Shown here piece after piece: positions 55,923 to 64,000 of a stretch of DNA of 64,000 nt (its first letter is position 1; each line of letters starts with the position of its first letter). The notes under the pieces are model-generated. The model was given only the letters and a program-made list of their open reading frames with translations. It was not told the origin of the DNA and did no database searches. Source of the stretch: Epithemia pelagica (lineage: Eukaryota; Protista; Bacillariophyta). The position numbers and the translations under genes were made by a program. The stretch covers positions 1,364,001-1,428,000 of the forward strand of contig OX337228.1 of NCBI GenBank assembly GCA_946965045.2, given 5' to 3'.

Positions 55923-58472
55923 TCAACCTTCCTCCATGGCATCCCCGGTCGGTTTCTCTGCATCCCCATTCTTTTCATCGACTTCCATAGGGTCTTCCTT
56001 GTTTCCCTCTTCGGGAGCATCCTTGTTGGCGGATTCTTGCTTTTTCGTCGTAGGGGCCGGTGCTTTTGGTACTGGCTTTCTCATGATTGGGCCACATTCA
56101 CGTTTAAGCTCCGTAAGCTTGACGTTCAATTTCTCAGTCGTCAAAACTGGATCCACATCCAAAGGCAAATCGCCCTGCTTGTCCATTTGTTCGTACATCC
56201 AGGCCGATGTCTCGTCACACATTTTGCTTACTTTTTGTCGTTCTTCATCGGTAATGTGTGCAAGGGAAGAGCCTTCGTTATTCACCCAGTTCCGATACAG
56301 CTCCAATGCCGCTTGTAAATTGGATTGTGCGGTTGGACGACCTGCAGCTTCACTTTGACGATACTCAATGGGACCACCCAATTTCTTGAGCTGAGCCAAC
56401 TTCTCGGCATAAACCTTCTTGGTTGCATTGAAGCCCTCGTCGTCGTAAAGCCAGTTCTCCATTTCTTCATTCTTCTTGGAGAAGGCGGTCTTTTCCTTTT
56501 CAGTGCCATATGGTCCAAGCCCAGAGTCCGAGATGATCTTGTCGCGCATGTCGTAAATGTACGATTCCAATTCATTCCGCATGTCGGCTGTTTCACGAAC
56601 GACTCGGTCAGTATTGGCCATGGCGACTTCAATTTCATGGTACGTGTTGACTTCTTCAGTGGTCCAATCATACGGACGAGACACTGTGAATTCCAAGGCG
56701 GTCTTGGTAATTTTCTTCTTTTGTTTCACAGCCGCATCAGCACCGCCCCCTTCTCCTTCCTTGGTTTCGGCTTCTTTGGCTTCTTCTTCTACTTCTTCTT
56801 CAACCATCTGCGCAGAAGACAAAGTGATGGCACCATGAATGTCTTGCTTCACATTGACACGAATCTTGGCTTCCGACGACGGTGGATCTTTCGGTGCTTC
56901 AATCGTGAAAGTAGCAATACTCTCCTTGGCCAGAGACGCATCCAGTCCCCATTCTTGAGTCGATGAAGGTACTTTGTACGCCGCTTTCACAGCGAAGGGT
57001 CCCACCTTGTTTTTGAGGGTCACACGACGAGTAACGGGAAACGACAAACCTCGGTCAAACATAACTACAGCATCATCTTCCGTGGTCCCCCAGGAAATTT
57101 CAATGGGATACGGCTGAGATTCTTGAATGTCATAGGGCAACACCTTGAATCGGGGCGACAAAATGGCCGACTGCAAAGCAGCTCCACGAGCTACAGCCTC
57201 ATCGGCGTTCATCGTGGTCGACAAGGATGCAACTTTGAGAATATCCATCAATTTACGTTTCACGGATCCAATCCGCGTCGATCCTCCAACAATTTCCACG
57301 ACCGACAAGGCCTTGCCCGAATCAAGGTTGGCTTCAGTCAAGCACTTGGTAATCGGTCCTTCCAATCGATTCAACAAGGGTTGACACATGGCCTCGTATT
57401 CATCGGCCTTGAGGGTGACATGAAAATCAAAATCATCTTGCAACATTTCCAGATTAATACTGGCTTCCTTGACTCCCTGTGGACTCAACGTTTTCTTGGC
57501 CTTTTCAGCCGCTGCCAAAAGCTTGAGACGCGTTTTGGGTTTCTCCATGGGCTTGCTCGACAACTTCTTGCCATACTTTTCTTCAAATTTTCCAGCCACC
57601 CAGTTCGCAATGGCGAGATCAAAGTCTCGTCCACCCAGCACGGCGTCCGAGTGACAGGTCAAGACTTTAAGTTTGCCAGGTTCAAAGGATGCAATAGATA
57701 CTGTGTAGGCCGAAGCACCCATATCGATAAACATTACCTTGGTGGGTTCGTCGGCCTTGAATTCCTTTTTCAAATCTTTGAAAATTCCAAAAGCCAAGGC
57801 CGTGGAGGTATTTTCATGCATGAGTCGTTGCACAGAGGGAATACCAACCATTTCGCATCCAGCCAACAAGGCCCGGCGTTGTACATCGGTATAGTAGGGA
57901 GGAATGGTCACCACCCAATCTTGTGGGAAAAGGGATTTCACGTCCGTGGTGTGAGATTCGCCGGCCGCTTTTTCCGCTGCGATCATACCCATATGGTGAA
58001 TCATCATCCCAGCTACATGTTCCACTGGCAAAACTTTGGTTTCACCACCAAATTCCACTTGGACAGCGATTGTAGAGACAGAATTGTTGCTTTTGGTGTG
58101 GGGAACAAAGGTCACACCTGGAAAATGTTGCATTTCAGATTTCGCCAAGGGACTGTCGAAAGGTAATCCTACGAGGCGTTTCATTCCTTTAATGGTATTG
58201 CGAAAGTTGCTGGTCACACCTGATGTTGCATGTTCACCCATCTTGCGACTCTCGCTAAAGCCAACCATAGACCTAGTTATAACCACCAAAAATGTCCGAG
58301 TGAGTTTCTTATCAAGTAACACAAATCGACGGTTTTTGCACGCAACTGCGGCCATCATGACTTACGGGTTGAGACGATTGGAATTGCCATTGAGGATGAC
58401 ATCGACACCACCGCGACCTGCCGCAGCAATGACTGAGTTTTGATAACCCAGATCTACACCAACCACACTCAT
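55923..58472 (-). CDS. HSP110: Hsp110/Sse1-type Hsp70-family nucleotide exchange factor; exons 58366-58472, 55923-58272
   Basis: MSVVGVDLG...RGGVDVILNGNSNRLNP|SMVGF, DMGASAY, LGGRDFD, TTMNADEAVARGAALQSAILSPRFKV and NELESYIYDMR; 93-nt intron. Confidence 0.95.
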
Positions 58473-59120
58473 TGTGACTTTCGTTTCCTAATCTTTCGGT
58501 TGTTTTTCCAAGGATGAACTTTGTAGAATAAATCTAGAATCGACACAATGAACTGCGTCTTCCTCTGTATCAATATTGCAAAGATCTGTCCACTTGTGTC
58601 GCTCTGAATCTGTTGGCTCGGGAATGTGACGGACGTCGACTGTGCGTGGTAGTGGCAAGCAATGCCCACGAGAATTTGCGGGATCGCCAATTGCAAGAAA
58701 GACGAGCAACTTGTGTGCGAAGGAGTTCGGGACTCAAAGTTTCTCGCTATCCATGATTCGATGGCGTTCGTTACATTTCTCCATATTTTTACGGTGACGT
58801 TGACAATTCATGGAGCCACCAATCGCTACAAGGTCGCATTTTGTAAGCACACGGTAGTTTACCACTATCTCTTTTCGCAAAACTACTAAAGCATCCCCAA
58901 AAGTCAAATAGCCCCGGTTAATCCCCAACATCACCAATTTAAACCATTGTACTGCACCGGCCCAATCCCATAAACCCCAAGTGCCCCTTATCCCCATGAT
59001 GCAGCGGTCATACAATGATGGTATAGTGGTGATGATCACAAGACTCACGATCGCCCCGCGTCTTGTTTATGAAACTGTGCCAAAGTTCCGGAAAATGGTC
59101 ATCTTGACACAAAGCCAAAT

Positions 59121-60767
59121 TCAAAATTCATGATGGCAACCAGGAGCCGGATCATGCTGGAAAAGACAAAACGAATCATCCACCACCTGGTTGTTGTCGA
59201 TCTGGCAATGTGCCCCAGCACTGTTCGTTGAACCAGATGACTTGTTTCCACCAAAGAACGAGAAGTTGCCACTGACAATTTCTCCGCCCTGCTCTTGTTC
59301 CTGTACAGTCCATGATTCGTCTGGAATCATGGTGCTTCCAGTCTCTCCCGTGCTACCACTCCCTGCCCAGGACGAGGAAGCCGACAGACGGGAATCTTCT
59401 CCTAGAAATGTTGGTACCACTGCGGAAGATTGGATCCCGCTGATGGCCCTACCAGCCTCCATCCTACTACCATGAGACAGAGTTGCCGCTTGGTTGCTCC
59501 TTGCCACGTCCAACTCTTGCTTCAAGCGCTCCCTACGCAACCGATCTCCTTCATTTTTCCGTTCCTTCGCAGCCATGTTGTGCTCTAGAAAAGCCGTTTC
59601 GGCCTTGCTACGTTGGGCTTCAGATTTGGCCAAAATTCGATCAATCAATCGCTGTTTTTGAGTACTCCGTGCCCGACTACGTTCATTCTTTTTGCGACGG
59701 CGCTCCTCATGGACTTCCAAATCGTGCTGTTCTTCCACAGATCGTTTATGAGGAGTTGTGGCAATAATTTGGTCTATTCGATCCTTGTATTGCTTGGCAC
59801 GAAACCGGTTGAGGAAATTCTTCCGTTCCCGACGCTCCAAAATTCTGTAGAAAGTGGGAAGAACAACAGTGAGTCAGTAAACGACAAGGATGTAAAGTCA
59901 CCGATATGATGCAACAGCAACAACGACATATACAAACATTACGTACTGCGGATTTGTTGTTGGAGCTGGTTTGTGGTACATGACAAGATTTTGTTTTGGT
60001 TCGCAAGGAGGGTCAATATCCTTTTTCTTCCTCTTCCTGGTAGTTTTTGAACGGGGAGACCCTTTCCCCTCAGGAGGAGAGGCACAATCATCTTCGGGCA
60101 GATCAGTCGAATCAGTGGTGGATGCAGCTGGACCCTTGTCACCTAGCGGTGTTGTATGAGTGGACGCTCCTGGATCATTCAAGGAAGGCCGTTGTTCCAA
60201 TGAGCTTGGTGTTAAGACCGGCCCAGTAGAAGAAGCAACAGTGTCAGTAGTCGCTGGAGCGGGACCAGATGCGTTGCAATTTCTCACTCCAGAGCCCGTG
60301 AATGGCATTCCAGTGGATCCTCCTAGTGACGTGAAAGATTGAGGAAGAGGATTCATCCCTGCCTGTATGACAGGAGGTGTTGGAGAGTTGAAGAGCTCCA
60401 TCACAGATGGATCTATACGGACTGGAGGGAAGTATGCGCCCGTACCCTGTGGCAAATTGGCAACAGGAGGAAACGCAGCCCCCAGTTGCGGTTGTACAAG
60501 AGGACGCCAGTTCAAGCTCTGAAGATGAAAGCCAGGTTGCGAGAAAGGTGGCACTTGTGGCACGGTTCCATAACCTAGAGGGACCGAAGAAGATGATGGT
60601 GACTGACAAGACACGTTTGAACCCTCCCTCGGATGAGGTAAGACACCGCTTCGATTCTCAGTTTTCGAGCCTTCATCTTTGGATTTCCGGACACTTTTGT
60701 CTTGGCCATTCTTCGACTGGTTAGGTGTACCCTCGCTACTTGTCGAATCCCGTGGTGCTTGAGACAT
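59121..60767 (-). CDS. Hypothetical nuclear protein with three tandem basic bZIP-like helices; exons 59947-60767, 59121-59844
   Basis: P/S-rich N-terminus, NLS RKRKKK, 102-nt intron, then RRERKNFLNRFR, RRRKKNERSRAR and KERKNEGDRLRR. Confidence 0.7.
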
Positions 60768-62513
60768 CCTTTTCTTTATATCGTCGGGAACAGATCAATT
60801 TAATGTGGTATTTGTCTCTTGGGTCGCCTCTTCGGATGCAAGTTCCTTCACTTCCATGCAATCGCTCTTTAAACCCCACAATACTTTATAAAATCCTAAG
60901 CTACTCCCTCACAAGCCTCCTCGACCTTCAACACCACTCCTTACCCAACAGGGTCCCCAATGTTCTGTCCCAATCTCCTCCAACAGAATGGATGCCCACT
61001 CACCAAAACATCGAAAACTTGAGGTGTCGACATGCGTTCCAGCACACATGGAACACTCGGAATTATGTCGTTGGGGACACATAGACTCGATTGCTAGGAG
61101 ACACTTCTTGTCCTCTAGCTATTCAGGCTTAGATCTCTCTAGTCTAGGTAGTAGTGAGAGTAGCAACTATGTCACTAACACCTAGCCAAACATAGTTGTG
61201 CTATCTCTCAGTAGCTAGGATTGAGTACAATAGGTCCCACGCATCTATTAGGTTCTTACTCCTTGATTGCATCAAGTATAATCCATGTCGACTCCAGTTT
61301 GGTTGCCATCATAGCTACCCCTAGTATCTCTGGAGTCCAAGTCGACTCCATTGGAGTATCCATCGCAAGTTGGATCTGAGTCTTGGATTCAGTCATGAAT
61401 GACATAGTCGTCTGCCCATCATCCAAAGCAAATGAATCGACTTTGGGGGCCGGCAATTTCCAATCATTAAATTTCATAGTAACGTTAATGTTCAGCATCG
61501 GGGGTGTAAAGAAGGGTTGGATGAACTAGAATCCAGAAAGAGAAAGGCTATGCTTCGAAGCGCAGCCTTAACCCTAATTACAATACCCATCATGTGGTAT
61601 CTCTTGTTTCTCCTCTTTGATTCTCTCCCGTCTTATGTGAGATGTGAGCCATTGCGATAGAAAGGCTTGAACGTGAGGAGTGAGGAATGTGGGGGTAACC
61701 CTATAGTTGGTCAAGAGCCTACTGATAAAAATTGAGGGAGCGATGTACGCTGAAGTTAAATGGGGGGTCCAGGGCTATGGGGGGTCAGGAATTTGCAAAT
61801 TACGGGTTGGCAGCCCATAAATGAAGTCAACTCAGCTTTTAACTTTGAAGTTAGTTCTTGGTTCTGCGGTAAGCAGTCAGCAGTCACGCATCTTCAGCGC
61901 TGGAGATCCAGCGCTAGAGAATCCCCAGCAAAGATTTTCTGTTGCGTGTATACGTTAGTCACCGTACTCTTTTCTCTGCACCGGTCACTTTTATCCTTTC
62001 TCATTTGTTTGTTTCATACTGGTCACTCTGTGTCATTCATTTGCTCCACACAGCCTTCCAAAGTGTCTGATTGCAATAACAATGATGACTCTTCAACTGT
62101 GGAAGAGTGCAATATGGATAGCAGTCCGAAGCACACCCCCAAAATGAAGGTTCTGTAAGAGGACACCTATTAGTGTATTCTTGAAAGGAGAAAATATTGA
62201 CATGGCAACAAAACAAAAAGATTCTGCTGGAGACCAAGCAACTATTCCACCACTGGAAAGGAAAGCTCTCACCAAGATAAGTGCTCTAGTTACTAGGAGT
62301 ACTCCCCTAGCTAGGCATTTTTATCATGGTAGCACAGGTAGTCTTATCTCCAGCGGATGCGCATACCTACCGTAGTTCCAGCAGAGACCTCTCCAGCGCA
62401 CTCTAGCAGAGATGAGCTGTTGCGGGACCGACCTCTACTAGAGATCTTGGAACACACAAAATCAACAAATTCTTGAAAAAGGAACAATGGAGTTCCAATT
62501 CAATTGCCACAAA

Positions 62514-62842
62514 AGTTCTGCAAATTGACTTTTTACTTTTTCAGAAAGAAAAGTCGACTTAAAGTCAGAAGTCAGAAACTAAGATATTATTGACTTCCAC
62601 GATTCGAGATACGAGTAATGGTAGAAGTCGCAGCTCACGCTGACGTTGGAAGGTCATAGTTCAGAACTTGACTTCATGAAAGACGTTAAGTCAAAGTTGA
62701 AAATGTTGTGCTGTCCAACTTGATTTCACTGAGAAAAGAGAAAAGTCATGGGATCTCGGCTGGAAATTGACTTGACTTTCATGAAAAAAGTTAAAAGTTG
62801 TTAATTTAAGCTTAAAAGTGTAAAACAGTCAAGTAGAACTTC
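62514..62842. repeat. AT-rich block enriched in AAGTC/GACTT motifs with imperfect inverted ends
   Basis: About a dozen AAGTC/GACTT words in both orientations; AAGTTCTGCAAATTGACT versus AGTCAAGTAGAACTT at the ends. Confidence 0.45.
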
Positions 62843-63246
62843 AACACTCAACACTCTGGTTGCGTTTTGCGTGATCACTGAACTCAGCCGTTCCATCCCG
62901 AAGGGTACTGTTTCTCGTGGCAGCAAGTTTTCAGTTTGCGACTCGGTGTGACCATCCGCCCCACTTCTTACACAGACGAAAATAGTACTACGTAGGTTAA
63001 TGTACTGAGCCTACTTAGCCGAACATGGATCGGTCGGCTTACCCAGCCCTTACTGAACTCAGCCGTCCTATACCGCCTTGGCGGTTTCAATTGTTTTGGG
63101 TGCGCGGCTCCGTTCGTTGAAAAAGAAGCTGGCTCTTTTGTGTTGCTCCTTGCACTCGACGTAGCAGTATCGCCCACGATAGTCCGTGGTGGAATCATAT
63201 TTATTAAAGGTGCGCTCGGTGCGGCTTCCTTCCTCCGTTCGAGAAT

Positions 63247-63315
63247 CCTGAACCGTTGCATCCAGTGTCAGGTGCGTTCTCCTTTCAGCCCTGAACCGTT
63301 GCATCCACTGTCAGG
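63247..63315. repeat. 26-bp direct repeat x2 with 43-bp period
   Basis: CCTGAACCGTTGCATCCA(G/C)TGTCAGG at 63247 and 63290. Confidence 0.85.
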
Positions 63316-63424
63316 GCGGACCATCTTCTTCCACGAATTGATTTTCGAATGCACACAACAACACTCTACTCCCACCCTTTTGTCTCATCTCCTATCTGGT
63401 TGAAAAAGCTTCAAGAATCCAACA

Positions 63425-64000
63425 ATGGGTGGTGGAGACGAAGGCAGTCATGCGTCGTCGGCCTTTGAGAGCCTGGATGGCTACCGCCGTGTCTCCAAGA
63501 AACCCACCTCGAAAAATTCCAATGCCTCCAGTATTAGCACGAAATCTTCCAAACGAGCTTTTATGGACAAGGTGGAACTATTTCGCGACGAATTTTTCCA
63601 CGACGACAACAGCAGCAACGGAAGTAGTGCTAGTGGAACAAAGAAGTCGGCTCGTCGAGGATTCCGTGGCCAGAAGAAGTCCAAGAAATCACAAATGTCG
63701 ACATCGACGTCATCATATGGTGACGGCAGCCATTATAGCAGCTTTGATGACAAGCAACAGAACTTTGACGGCAATGAGGACGAGGAAGACGAAATTTACC
63801 TTGTCCGCCAAGATTGCGCCGTTTTGAGCTATGGGTTTTCGTTCGTCCAGACGATCATAATGGGGCTATTAATGTGGCAATGTGGTATGGCACCTATGAA
63901 CATCAACCCCATGGTTGGACCATATCCCGATGCTTTGTCCGAGTGGGGTGGCAAAAATGCCACGCTAATTGTAGATGACGGAGAATGGTGGCGCCTACTG
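63425..64000 (+). CDS. Rhomboid-family intramembrane protease, 5' part; runs off the right edge
   Basis: Open frame from ATG 63425 to the edge, absent from the ORF track. A disordered N-terminus is followed by a TM helix and NINPMVGPYPDALSEWGGKNATLIVDDGEWWRLL (rhomboid NP.GP / WR loop motif). Confidence 0.85.
   Translation, partial: MGGGDEGSHASSAFESLDGYRRVSKKPTSKNSNASSISTKSSKRAFMDKVELFRDEFFHDDNSSNGSSASGTKKSARRGFRGQKKSKKSQMSTSTSSYGDGSHYSSFDDKQQNFDGNEDEEDEIYLVRQDCAVLSYGFSFVQTIIMGLLMWQCGMAPMNINPMVGPYPDALSEWGGKNATLIVDDGEWWRLL

Noticed and set aside
58480-58700. Heat-shock elements upstream of Hsp110
   Set aside because: Only partial TCTAGA/GAA words; no contiguous three-unit nGAAn array.
61256-61498. 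80-aa minus ORF with a MESTW/LESTW internal repeat
   Set aside because: Protein-like but short, isolated and with no identifiable family; cannot be supported as a gene.

Overview
Eukaryotic nuclear DNA, most likely from a raphid pennate diatom. This is inferred from short GT-AG introns (about 70-230 nt), a plastid-targeted flavodoxin with a bipartite presequence, DUF6824, type-II LRR and vWA/PTS genes, and polyQ/polyN tracts. From about 10 kb onward the window is gene-dense. It holds recognisable housekeeping genes (eIF6, PDH E2, Sec6, MetAP2, DUSP-USP, Hsp110, Janus/PHPT1, flavodoxin), edge-truncated NADPH-P450 reductase and rhomboid genes that the ORF track missed, and lineage-specific hypothetical genes. 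The first 10 kb is a rearranging accessory zone. It contains a three-member family of secreted Cys-rich/PT-NPWG genes: two tiny spliced peptide genes plus a full vWA adhesin-like gene. One peptide gene gained its last exon through a 419-bp templated insertion flanked by an 11-bp target-site duplication. The zone also has an inverted pair of about 250-bp MITEs and several decayed reading frames. Elsewhere there is an intronless Crinkler-type NTPase + restriction-endonuclease-fold gene, an LRR gene split by one in-frame TAA, a frameshifted membrane-protein gene, a 104-bp minisatellite and a dispersed repeat. All exon models were derived by hand from splice signals and frame continuity; no database search was run.
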